A stretch of DNA of 64,000 nt from an uncultured Thermoplasmata archaeon (GTDB taxonomy: Archaea > Thermoplasmatota > Thermoplasmata > SG8-5). The position numbers were made by a program, and so were the translations under genes. This document shows, piece by piece, positions 1 through 8,986 of the stretch (positions within the stretch are counted from its first letter, which is position 1; each line of letters starts with the position of its first letter). A model generated the notes under the pieces. The model was not told where the DNA came from and did no database searches. It worked only from the letters and a program-made list of their open reading frames with translations. The stretch lies in assembly GCA_964354755.1 (NCBI GenBank), contig CAYHBA010000002.1, positions 92,002 through 156,001 on the forward strand, in the 5' to 3' direction.

Positions 1-826
1 GACGACCTCGGCCGGGCCGTCAGCGTCGCCACCGGAGATACTGCTCAATTCGAGGCACATCGCCAGGCGCGTGGTGACTGTCCATGCCGAAGACCCGGCC
101 CAGTTCACGAGCGATGAATGCACAGACCTGCACAGCCACAGCCAGATAAGGAACCTGAAGGCCGAGACCGAGGCAGTCAGGAGCATACTGGCCATAGATA
201 CGCCCGCCACCATCAACCTGGCCCATCTCACCGCGAAGGAGAGCGTGGACATGGCCCAGAGGGGCAAGGCCAGCTTCGAGATAACGCCCCATCACATCCT
301 CCTGGACGAGGCCATGCCGCTAGGCGCGCTGGGCAAGGTCAATCCCCCGCTCAGGAAGAAGCAGATAGTGGAGAAGCTGTTTGATGTGGCGCGGTCAGGA
401 CGGGCAATAATTGCCAGCGACCATGCCCCTCATGCACTGGCCGAGAAGAAAGCTCATTTCTCCATAGCCCCCTCCGGAATCCCCGGGGTCGAGACAAGAA
501 TACCCCTAATGCTGGCCCTTGCCGAGAAAGGCATGCTGAAGCACCAGGCGGTTCAGGACATGTGCTGCCAGCTTCCGGCGGATCTGTTCGGCCTGAGGAA
601 AGGCAGGATTGCGCCGGGGTATGACGCAGACATTGCATTCTATGACATCTCAAGGGTAGTGAAGATTAAAAGTGCAGGCCTGCACTCCAAATGCGGCTGG
701 ACCCCGTTCGAGGGCTTTGACGCGATATTCCCGGCCGGCGTCATGCTCAGGGGCAGGATGATAATCCGCGGAGGACAACTGATCCTTGAAAAATCAGGGC
801 TCAATTTACTGCCACACAAAGCTTAG
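1..826 (+). CDS. Cyclic amidohydrolase, dihydroorotase-like, C-terminal part; the gene begins upstream of the window. The in-frame reading is open from nt 2.
   Basis: SDHAPH motif typical of dihydroorotase/allantoinase-type amidohydrolases. Stop codon at 824-826. Confidence 0.5.
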   Translation, partial: TTSAGPSASPPEILLNSRHIARRVVTVHAEDPAQFTSDECTDLHSHSQIRNLKAETEAVRSILAIDTPATINLAHLTAKESVDMAQRGKASFEITPHHILLDEAMPLGALGKVNPPLRKKQIVEKLFDVARSGRAIIASDHAPHALAEKKAHFSIAPSGIPGVETRIPLMLALAEKGMLKHQAVQDMCCQLPADLFGLRKGRIAPGYDADIAFYDISRVVKIKSAGLHSKCGWTPFEGFDAIFPAGVMLRGRMIIRGGQLILEKSGLNLLPHKA

Positions 827-871
827 CGACGAATCAAAGATTCGTCTGAGTCGCAGTCAAGTGTGACTGCT

Positions 872-1151
872 CCGAACGCCGGGCCATTCATGGCCTGGAT
901 GAAAGCGCAGGGCAGTAAACGTCGGTAGACCGTTGCATACCGTGAATCTGTGAGCGTCGGAAATCGAAGCCCTTCAGCTTCGATGGCTCAGGTAGGCTAC
1001 TAATGTGCTGACGCTTACCTAGATTTCCCTAAAGTCAGCAAATTTAAGTCGAATATTGAATTGGGTCATCTGATAATATTCGACGTCAGCCATATGGTAA
1101 ACTTCCGACCCTGTCCGTGAACGCCAATCCCTTTAGGGGTCGGTAGTTTAC
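872..1151. repeat. Dispersed structured repeat (family 1, copy A, diverged with an insertion of about 90 nt) abutting or overlapping the stop of the TrmY-like gene
   Basis: Shares accgttgcataccgtg, the hairpin atcgaagc/gcttcgat and the terminal stem gtaaacttccgaccc/ggggtcggtagtttac. The ag/ct to ga/tc change keeps the base pairing intact. Confidence 0.6.
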
Positions 1152-1735
1152 GGTGAGTTGTCCAGCGAATTCAGCACGACGGTGATGCAGTGGTCCGCAT
1201 GGAGGCTCCTCGTTCCCAGCGAGACTTTCAGGGTTTCGGGCCAGGCTGCAATGGTTTTTTCATGTTCCGCGGACAGGTCCTCCTTGCCGCCCAGGACGAA
1301 GATGTCGTCCGGCCTCAGTGTCATGCCGGAGAGCATGTTGCCGCCCTCCTTCAGATACACCAGCCTCCTTTTGCCGAGCCCTTCCAGAATGCCTGACAGG
1401 TCCATCCTTGCCACGTATATGCCGGGCGTGGAGAGTGTCCAGTCGCCCGTTGCCTCTTTCATCAGGGCATTCTTCACCAGTGCCGCAGTGGAGCGCTCGT
1501 CCGGATTCAGGTATTTCAGTTCACGACCCCTGAAAAGTATGGCCCTGGGCGGGTCAGGCTCACCGAGTAGCAGTAAGTACAGGTCCACGTCCCGCCGAAT
1601 GTCGTTGGACAGCATGAACGCGGAATTCACGCACCTGAGAAGAACGTCCAGCCTGCCTGTGGAACCAGTGAGGTCGTTCAGGGAGAATTTGGGGTCGGTG
1701 CACACATTCTGGCCCACCACAAGGAACGCGGGCAT
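1148..1735 (-). CDS. SPOUT-family RNA methyltransferase, TrmY-like (tRNA pseudouridine54 N1-methyltransferase, DUF358)
   Basis: 195 aa. N-terminal SLNDLTGSTGRLDVLLRCVNSAFMLSNDIRRDV resembles archaeal TrmY. Ends 1 nt before the SRP54 start, so the two are probably co-transcribed. Confidence 0.5.
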   Translation of the reverse strand: MPAFLVVGQNVCTDPKFSLNDLTGSTGRLDVLLRCVNSAFMLSNDIRRDVDLYLLLLGEPDPPRAILFRGRELKYLNPDERSTAALVKNALMKEATGDWTLSTPGIYVARMDLSGILEGLGKRRLVYLKEGGNMLSGMTLRPDDIFVLGGKEDLSAEHEKTIAAWPETLKVSLGTRSLHADHCITVVLNSLDNSP

Positions 1736-3079
1736 CTACATCCCCAGTCCGCCCAGGTTGCCGTCCTTCATCTGTTTCTGCAGCTGCTTGCGCAGCTTTC
1801 TGTTTCCCAGGAGGCCCTTCATCTGCCTCTTGGATGTGTTGTAATGTGACAGCAGCGCCCTCACGTCCTGGGCCTTCATGCCGCTGCCCTTTGCGATTCT
1901 CTTGACCCTGGAGGATTTGACGATTTTCGGGTCTTCCAGCTCTTCCCTGGTCATGGAGGACATGATTATCTTGAACCTGCGCAGTTTCTCCTGTGTGGCC
2001 TCCAGCTCCTCATCCCCGAGCTTCGCCGGCGCCCCCGGGAACATGCTCATCAGCTTCTTCAGCGGGCCCATGTTGGTCAGCATCTCCATCTGGTCCCGCA
2101 TCTCTATCAGCGAGAAGCGGCCGTGCATGATGTTCTCCAAAGTTTTCTCGGCCTTCTGTTCGTCAATGGCACCCTCGGCCGCCTCAAGCAGCGATTTGAT
2201 ATCGCCCATCCCGAGCAATCTGGATATGAACCTGTCCGGGTTAAATAGTTCCAGGTCCTCGATGTGCTCCCCCGTCCCGATGAACAGGACAGGCGCCTCT
2301 GTCTCGTTGATTGCTGAAAGCGCGCCGCCGCCCTTGGCGGAGCCGTCCAGCTTGGTGAGGACCACGGCCGTGACGCCCACTGCCTCATGGAATGCCCTGG
2401 CCTGGGGCCCGGCCTGCTGGCCCATGGACGCGTCAATTATCATTATCTTCTCTGTCGGGTTCGCAAGCTTCGAGATGGATTTTATCTCCTCGATGAGGTC
2501 TTTCTCCAGGGAATGCCTGCCTGACGTGTCAAGTATGACCACATCGGATTTCTCGAAGTGCTTCAGCCCGTCCTTCACAATCTTCGTGGCGTTCCTTTCT
2601 CCGGGCATACCGAAGACCGGGACATCGATCAGGGCACCGATCTGGCTCAGCTGGTCATAGGCAGCCGGCCTGTGCACGTCGGCCGCAATCATCCCGACCC
2701 TGTGGCCCTTCCTCTTGAAATATCTGGCCAGTTTTCCCGTGGTCGTGGTCTTGCCCTGGCCGTAGAGGCCGACCATCATTATGACCTGCTTCCCCTCGCC
2801 AATCTCCCTCTTCTCCCCGAGGAAGCGGACCAGTTCGTCGTAAACAATTCGCACGACATGGTCTTTCGGACTCACGCCCGCTTTAGGCTTCTCAGTGAGG
2901 GCTCTCTTCTCGATATCCTTCGTCATTTTAAGCGCGAGCTGAACATTGACATCCGCCTGGAGAAGCGCTCGCTGGATGTCCCTGACTATCTCCTTCACAA
3001 GCCCCTCGTCCACGTGGGAGGCGCCCGCAATCTTCCTCAGGACGTTCTTGAGGGACTCGCCCAGCTTTTCCATGACCAT
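1736..3079 (-). CDS. ffh: Signal recognition particle protein SRP54
   Basis: 447 aa. GTPase motifs GLYGQGKTTT, DTSGRH and TKLDG are present, plus a Met-rich C-terminal M domain. Confidence 0.92.
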   Translation of the reverse strand: MVMEKLGESLKNVLRKIAGASHVDEGLVKEIVRDIQRALLQADVNVQLALKMTKDIEKRALTEKPKAGVSPKDHVVRIVYDELVRFLGEKREIGEGKQVIMMVGLYGQGKTTTTGKLARYFKRKGHRVGMIAADVHRPAAYDQLSQIGALIDVPVFGMPGERNATKIVKDGLKHFEKSDVVILDTSGRHSLEKDLIEEIKSISKLANPTEKIMIIDASMGQQAGPQARAFHEAVGVTAVVLTKLDGSAKGGGALSAINETEAPVLFIGTGEHIEDLELFNPDRFISRLLGMGDIKSLLEAAEGAIDEQKAEKTLENIMHGRFSLIEMRDQMEMLTNMGPLKKLMSMFPGAPAKLGDEELEATQEKLRRFKIIMSSMTREELEDPKIVKSSRVKRIAKGSGMKAQDVRALLSHYNTSKRQMKGLLGNRKLRKQLQKQMKDGNLGGLGM

Positions 3080-3125
3080 ATGTTACCGGTTCAACAGATG
3101 GGGGAGGGTGATAAAAGGCTTCCGG

Positions 3126-3218
3126 CGAGTATTTTTCTTTTAAGCCTCGCTGCGCTGGCTCGCCCTCTAAAAGAAAAATATTCAGCAAATAAGAAAATTC
3201 GGGCTCGCCTGCTCGCTC
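3126..3218 (-). terminator. T-rich terminator-like element (repeat family 2, copy 1) just 3' of the GTPase gene
   Basis: Minus-sense reads aattttcttatttgctgaatatttttcttttagag. A second copy of about 90 nt lies at 21112-21199 and includes an identical 16-mer gagtatttttctttta. Confidence 0.45.
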
Positions 3219-3265
3219 GGCAATGCTGGCGCGCGGGCGCGCCAGACATGCATATTAGTGATGGA

Positions 3266-4144
3266 TTACTTGTCCTTGTAGCCGAACAGCTTCAGCCTCA
3301 TCATCCTGTTGTTCTCGACCTCTGCCTGGGTCTTGAAGCATATCTCGATTTTGGTTAGCCGCTCAATGAAATTCATCACTGCGACCTCGCTCGGTGTTGT
3401 GATATTGAGGCCGGCGAGGTCCATCTGGTGCTTTATTACCGGCGTCGCGTTCTCGATTCCGCCGTACTGCTCCGAGAAATCCGCGATGATGTGGTCAACC
3501 ACGTCCTTCAGGGACGTGACCTCTTTCGGATCCATCAGGTTCCATGGCATGTTCATGCTTATCTTGGGTCTCGAGACGCGGGAGAGCGTGGCTATGTTCA
3601 TAAACGCCTCCTCGACGTTCTCCCCGGTCTTCGCGCTGGCCAGATAGCATATGTTCTGGGCCCCGAAGGAGACGCAGGTGTTGGCCACTTTCTCGATATC
3701 CTTCAGGCCTATCTTCAGCTCTTTCTTCAAATCAGCTTTGTTGCCCAGAAAAACCATCGGAATCGGGCCGGTCATCTTCAGCAGAAGGGGAATCCAGTAA
3801 CTGCGGAGCCCGTCCAGGGTTTCCTTGCGGGTCAGGTCTGCAACAAGAAGTGCGCCGTGCATGTTCTGGAATGTGATGGACTGGGAATATTTGTAGCCCC
3901 TCTGGCCTATAATATCCCACACCATCATTGTCATTTCCGTTGTTTTATCCGCATCCACAAGTGTGACTTCCTTCTTTGTCACTTTGGAGCCTATGGTTGT
4001 AATATAATTGTCGCTGAACTGGTCCAGAACATAACGCTTTATCAGGCTGGTCTTGCCGACGGATGCGTCACCAAGGAGGACTATGTTTCTTTTGACAATG
4101 CTCGGAGGCAGTCTCTCACCAGGGGGGAACAACAATGTTGCCAT
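3266..4144 (-). CDS. Small Ras-like GTPase with a roughly 120-aa C-terminal extension. The likely start is the Met at 4144; the longest ORF reaches 4219.
   Basis: G1 GDASVGKTS, switch I YITTIGSKV, G3 WDIIGQ, G4 GNKAD and G5 SAK are all present. Confidence 0.75.
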   Translation of the reverse strand: MATLLFPPGERLPPSIVKRNIVLLGDASVGKTSLIKRYVLDQFSDNYITTIGSKVTKKEVTLVDADKTTEMTMMVWDIIGQRGYKYSQSITFQNMHGALLVADLTRKETLDGLRSYWIPLLLKMTGPIPMVFLGNKADLKKELKIGLKDIEKVANTCVSFGAQNICYLASAKTGENVEEAFMNIATLSRVSRPKISMNMPWNLMDPKEVTSLKDVVDHIIADFSEQYGGIENATPVIKHQMDLAGLNITTPSEVAVMNFIERLTKIEICFKTQAEVENNRMMRLKLFGYKDK

Positions 4145-4175
4145 ATTAATAAATTGCCCAGGCAATACTGTATAT

Positions 4176-4370
4176 ATGCCGAGAACGTTCAGCACTTCAG
4201 GGCTGGGATGAATCGGCATAAGCTGTCGTCAATACACCGTTGCATGCCGTGCTTATAATATCAAAGTAAATCGAAGCCAATGGCTTCGATAAATCAGGTA
4301 TGCAACTGGCCTATGGTAAACTTCCAGCCCTGTCATCGAACGCCAGTCACTTTAGGGGCTGGTAGTTTAC
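4176..4370. repeat. Dispersed structured repeat (family 1, copy B) between the giant-protein gene 3' end and the GTPase gene start
   Basis: About 85% identical to copy C at 38098-38292. It contains a 9-bp hairpin atcgaagcc/ggcttcgat and a 15-bp terminal stem gtaaacttccagccc/gggctggtagtttac that covers the stop codon of the 4367 gene. Confidence 0.7.
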
Positions 4371-7300
4371 TCCTCGAAGTCAACCTGCACGATGCCGATC
4401 CTGCACTTTTCCCCATTCAGCTCTATCTCTCCGACATGATACTCATCCGTGCTCAAATGATCGTCCAGAGGGAAAATCACATCGTATGCATTGCATTTTT
4501 CCATTATGGTGTTCTTCGCTCCTTCCAGCGTTTCAGCGAGTGCATCGTCCGTAACCACCTGGACCTCTATCTTTGCCTCGTCCCCTATTTCGACCTCCCG
4601 CCTCATTTCCTTTATCTTGTCTATCAGCGCATTCAGAGACACATCTGACTTTACCTGCTCGGTAATCATCGTATCTATGTATATGGTTCCGGAATCAATC
4701 TCCCCCTCGAAGGCTCCGGGAGGCAGGGAGAATGATATCTGGACCATGTCGTCCGTTATGTATATCTGCTGCCCCTCGACGCCGATGGTGAATGTTCCCT
4801 TTTTGATGTTGGCCAGCAGCTTGTCCGGGGGCATGTACTGCAGGACGCTTATGATTTTCTTGGCAATGTGCTTGTATGAATTCCTAATGTGCTCTTCGTT
4901 GACATTGATTGCCGGGACAAGGCCCGCCCACACTTCGTCCCGCCTTAGAAGCTGGATGTCGAATGCATTGGCCTGTTCGAGGACGAGCGTCCTCATGTTT
5001 TCCAGCACTTCGTTCCACCGCTCGTAATCCCTGTGTCTGATGGCGACGCGGGCAAGCTTCTGTCCGGCAGGTATGCCGTGTTCCTCTCTGAGGCCGAAGA
5101 CCGCGTCCGCAATCTTGCCGACAACCTCCAGGTAGTTGTTCAGCCGCGCGTCCATTATGGCGCTGTCTTTGTCGATGCGGCCCGACCTTATCATGACATC
5201 GTACATCCTCTTCTTCAGGGAGTCTGCATCAATGTTTTCCCCGCCCTCGCCACCTGTGCTTGGTAGTGATGCCAGCTTCACGAGCATCGCCTCCATCTCG
5301 GTGAGGTATCTGGCTGCCGCCTCCATGCCGTTCTGCTCCACTGCATAGTTTATCTCGGCAATCCTTTTCTCTATGTCTTCGAACTTCTGGCCGTCTATCC
5401 CTCCGCCCCCGGCTTTTTCCAATATCGGGGCCAGGATGCTGGATTCGAGCATCGGCCTTCCATCTATTCCGGTACGGTTGACAAATATTATCTTTTTCAC
5501 AATATCCTTTATTCCTGCCAGTGCATCCATCTCCCCGTTCCAGTTCTTGAGCTCCCCCGAATAAATATTCTCTATCTCCCGGATGACTTCGGTCATGAAG
5601 AAGGGTATGTACGCGGATTCCTCGCCCGAGACTGTGATGGCTAGGAATACGTACTTTCCCTTTTCAATCAGTAGTTTATGGCCCCCGAACTCCATGCGGT
5701 CAAGCCCGCCCTTGTTCTGGATGTTGAACGCCTCCCTGATGAAGTCGGTCATTGCTTTCAGCATTGCGCTGAACAGGTCGCCATCCACCTCCTCCCGGAT
5801 GCGCCTTGTCTCTCGTGCTATGAGCAGCCCGTTGTTGTGTATCAGGAAAGCATCCTCCACAATGTAGCTGCCCTGTGTCTGGACATCGAGGTCCTTCATG
5901 TCATTCAGCTGATATTTTGTTTCATCGAAGTATCTCTGGTAAGAGGCAGATACGTCCACCTTAAGTTTGCCGTTTTTGGTTGGCCTCACTGAAACCTCGG
6001 CCCTCCTGGAACTGCCCGGCTCGATAATGTCCAGCGTGTCCGTGTCCTTTACTTCGATGTCCCCGGTGAAATTCAGGCCTATGTTCCTTGCCGGCGTATT
6101 TCCCTTATTGCTCACCACCACATCCATCCTGGACCATTTGCCGGCCTCGTGGCCCTTCGCCTCCCCAATGTCCACCTGCAGCTTGGGGTATTTATTGGCC
6201 ATAAATGCGCCTGTTCTCTCGGCCAGCCTATTCCCGATGTCCCTGAACCTGGCTTCAATATTCTCCGCTTGCATGCCGGATAGTTCGTTCTCAGTGCCCG
6301 CAACAGTGCCTTCGATGTCGGAAACGTCGACACCCATTCTTGAAGCCGCGGTCAGATTCGATTTCAGAAGGTCAAGATGCTTCAGATGCGATTCGGCAGC
6401 CATGCGCTTATCCTTCTCGTTCAGAAGATTCTTGATATCGGTCAACATCCCCCTGGTGCTTGCGTAATCCTTTTCTTCCAGCAAATTTAATAATTCTTGA
6501 AGCAGGGCATCCTCCTTTGAAATGTCGACCCCCGCAGTCTCAGCCCGTTCTATCTGGCGGCGGACAATTTCCACCTCGCTTCTCATGCTTTCCATAAGCA
6601 TTTTATCTTTTCTTTTCTCCTCCTCGCCCTCCCCCAAGGCGCTGCCGAGGCCTTCCTCCACTTTCTCTCTGATCTTGCCCATAAGTTCGCTGGCATCGCC
6701 CATCTCACCGCTGATGAGTTCCTCTTCGAAGGACATGAGCAGTTCTTTGATGTTCTTGTCAAAATCAGGAATAATGGCTCCGTTCTTAATGGCATCGAGG
6801 GCCGGTTGCAGGATGCTGTTTTCAAAGTAGGGGACGCCGGAATCGGTGTTCTTAATAAACAGTATCTTCTTAACAATGTCGTCAACGCCGGCCAGAGCAC
6901 TGATGTCCCCTTCCCAGCCAGACAGGGTTTCTCCGAATTTTTCCTCTATCTCCCCGACTATCTCCGAAATGTAGAAAGGCATGTAGACGGAATCGCTTCC
7001 GAGCAATGTGGCAGCCACGTAGAAACAGCTTCCGCGTTCGATAATCACCTGATTGTCCCCGAATTCCAGTCTGCTTAACGCGACCTTGTCTTCAAGCTTG
7101 AACGAATCTATGGCGAACTGCGAAATTGCCGTGAGCATTGCGCTGAACAGGTCGCTGTCGACATCTTCCTTTATCCTTCTGGTCTGCCTCGAGATGAGCA
7201 GTCCGTTGTTATGAATCAAGAATGCATCCTCCACAAGGTAGGTCCCGGTCTCGTCGACATCAATATCCTTCAGGTCATTGAGCTGGAATTTCGTGTCGTC

Positions 7301-8986
7301 GAAACTTTTCTCATACTGGACAGTCATGTCCAGCGGAACCTTTCCGGGTTTGAGGGGTTTCAATGCTATGACCCTGCTGTCATGCTGCCCGGGTATGAGC
7401 TTCGGAATGGTCTGCCAGCCCTTGACCTCGACATCCCCGAAGAAATTCATGTCAATGTTCTTGGCAATGCTGTTCCCGGCATTGCTGAACTGCACATTCG
7501 CCCTTCCCCATTTCTGCGCCTCAAAACCCTCTGAATTTATGCTTATCTTAAGGCGCGGATGCTTGCCAGCCACTCCGGTTTTTATGGCTCCGCTCAATGC
7601 CGCTTCGGCTTTGTTGACGATGTCCGCAATCCCGGCGCCGTGGGCATCCTCGGCCTTTGCCTTGGAAGCCAGCATCTCCGCCTCTGCGACGTCTATGCCT
7701 ATGGTCTTTGCCTCTTCAAGCATTGTGAAAAGTCCCTCAAGCTTATTCTGGGTTTCCATGGTCTGGAATCCAGACTTGTCGTCCTGAATGTGCCTTCTCA
7801 GCTCTCTGGCAAGCTCGAATGATTTGTCGAGCCGATGGCCATTCAGCGCCTCCTCAGTGTCATTAATCAGTCTGTTGATTTCCGAGGCATCGATGCCGCT
7901 CGCTGTTGCCCTGCCAGCCAGAACCTTGGAGTCTTCGAGCTCTTCCTTTATCAGGGTGACGAACCCCTCCTCCTGTTCTTTGTCCAGGCTGCCGAAGTTA
8001 ATGCCTGTGAGCTTGTCGAAAAGCTTCAGGTTCTTCACGGCCTGCTTGGCACTCAGCTCCATTGCCCGGACCTCCGTGAAGTTGCCGTCGTGCAACGCGA
8101 TGGACGCTTTCTGCAGCATTTCCTCCAGATCATCGGATTTTATTCCTGCCCGTTTAGTCTCTCTCACGAATTGTCGTATGGTCCTGAGGGTCAGGTCAGC
8201 CTCCCTGCGCAATATCACCTTTTCAATTTCCCTGCGGATTTTGTTGACATTTGTCTTGACATCTCCGAACCTTTCGTCCTCGAGCGCCTTTTTCGCCTCC
8301 TTCAGAAGAACAGCCATCTCTTTTATGTCAACGCCCGACTCGGCCACCGTGTTTATCCTGGCCTCCATGTCCAAGATGGATATCTCATAACTTTTTTGTT
8401 CCTCGGCGATGTTAAGGACAGTAGAAGTCTTCTTCACCAGTTCGGTCACAAGGTCGAAATTTCCGCCGTTGAGTGCCTGCCAGGCCTCGAGAAGGATTGT
8501 TGTTGCCTCCTGGACATTCACACCCCTCCTCTTCGCAGCTTCGACGATTGGGGCTATCCTTTGAATATGCCCCTTGGCAGTCATGAAATGTTTGGCATTG
8601 TCCGCCTCCCTTCTGGCCAGTTTTATCTGCTCGTGGGCATCACCGAAATCCCCCCTCTCCAACAGTTCCCTGGCTTTTGCAAGCAATGCCTCGGAGGCGG
8701 CGACATTGGCTCCCGCCCTCTTCGCTTTCTCAATGATGGGGAGGGAATTGAAAATCATCATATCGTATTTCTTTTTGGCCTTGGCTTGTTTCAGCATCAG
8801 GTCTATGTTGTCCATTATTTTAGTGGCCTCTGCCTCCTCCCCCTTTTGCAGGCATTTTTCCACCTCGCTGAGCAGGGCAGCGGCCATTGCTACGTCTGCT
8901 CCGTCCTTCTTCACCCTCTCAATTTGCTTCTTGGTGGCCTCTAACCTTGCCCGAAGTTTTTTCAACCCACCTTTCTTTGGTTCCAT
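4367..8986 (-). CDS. Giant 1539-aa helical-repeat protein with two tandem [CARDB/Ig-like + Roadblock/LC7-like] modules
   Basis: An internal duplication of about 265 aa spans aa 476-745 and 934-1195 (nt about 6752-7561 and 5402-6187). The two copies include YLVEDAFLIHNNGLLISRQTRRIKEDVDSDLFSAMLTAISQF and YIVEDAFLIHNNGLLIARETRRIREEVDGDLFSAMLKAMTDF. About 40-aa two-helix repeats of the form GxDVxxAxxLL fill the N-terminus and the linker regions. Confidence 0.8.
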   Translation of the reverse strand: MEPKKGGLKKLRARLEATKKQIERVKKDGADVAMAAALLSEVEKCLQKGEEAEATKIMDNIDLMLKQAKAKKKYDMMIFNSLPIIEKAKRAGANVAASEALLAKARELLERGDFGDAHEQIKLARREADNAKHFMTAKGHIQRIAPIVEAAKRRGVNVQEATTILLEAWQALNGGNFDLVTELVKKTSTVLNIAEEQKSYEISILDMEARINTVAESGVDIKEMAVLLKEAKKALEDERFGDVKTNVNKIRREIEKVILRREADLTLRTIRQFVRETKRAGIKSDDLEEMLQKASIALHDGNFTEVRAMELSAKQAVKNLKLFDKLTGINFGSLDKEQEEGFVTLIKEELEDSKVLAGRATASGIDASEINRLINDTEEALNGHRLDKSFELARELRRHIQDDKSGFQTMETQNKLEGLFTMLEEAKTIGIDVAEAEMLASKAKAEDAHGAGIADIVNKAEAALSGAIKTGVAGKHPRLKISINSEGFEAQKWGRANVQFSNAGNSIAKNIDMNFFGDVEVKGWQTIPKLIPGQHDSRVIALKPLKPGKVPLDMTVQYEKSFDDTKFQLNDLKDIDVDETGTYLVEDAFLIHNNGLLISRQTRRIKEDVDSDLFSAMLTAISQFAIDSFKLEDKVALSRLEFGDNQVIIERGSCFYVAATLLGSDSVYMPFYISEIVGEIEEKFGETLSGWEGDISALAGVDDIVKKILFIKNTDSGVPYFENSILQPALDAIKNGAIIPDFDKNIKELLMSFEEELISGEMGDASELMGKIREKVEEGLGSALGEGEEEKRKDKMLMESMRSEVEIVRRQIERAETAGVDISKEDALLQELLNLLEEKDYASTRGMLTDIKNLLNEKDKRMAAESHLKHLDLLKSNLTAASRMGVDVSDIEGTVAGTENELSGMQAENIEARFRDIGNRLAERTGAFMANKYPKLQVDIGEAKGHEAGKWSRMDVVVSNKGNTPARNIGLNFTGDIEVKDTDTLDIIEPGSSRRAEVSVRPTKNGKLKVDVSASYQRYFDETKYQLNDMKDLDVQTQGSYIVEDAFLIHNNGLLIARETRRIREEVDGDLFSAMLKAMTDFIREAFNIQNKGGLDRMEFGGHKLLIEKGKYVFLAITVSGEESAYIPFFMTEVIREIENIYSGELKNWNGEMDALAGIKDIVKKIIFVNRTGIDGRPMLESSILAPILEKAGGGGIDGQKFEDIEKRIAEINYAVEQNGMEAAARYLTEMEAMLVKLASLPSTGGEGGENIDADSLKKRMYDVMIRSGRIDKDSAIMDARLNNYLEVVGKIADAVFGLREEHGIPAGQKLARVAIRHRDYERWNEVLENMRTLVLEQANAFDIQLLRRDEVWAGLVPAINVNEEHIRNSYKHIAKKIISVLQYMPPDKLLANIKKGTFTIGVEGQQIYITDDMVQISFSLPPGAFEGEIDSGTIYIDTMITEQVKSDVSLNALIDKIKEMRREVEIGDEAKIEVQVVTDDALAETLEGAKNTIMEKCNAYDVIFPLDDHLSTDEYHVGEIELNGEKCRIGIVQVDFEE

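Noticed and set aside
3428-4258. Plus-strand ORFs at 3428-4258 and 37914-38297, whose C-terminal translations are similar (YAENVQHFRAGMNRH...SSIHRCMPC)
   Set aside because: The similarity comes from the nucleotide-level repeat (family 1), which is conserved equally in all frames, and copy A has no corresponding ORF. The repeat is better explained as a structured RNA or DNA element than as a peptide gene.
4491-8944. Several long plus-strand ORFs (for example 7835-8944 at 369 aa, 7788-8390, 4491-5027) inside the giant gene
   Set aside because: They are antisense to a 1539-aa ORF with clear domain structure and internal protein-level repeats. They have low-complexity Ser/Leu-rich translations typical of antisense frames in GC-rich DNA.
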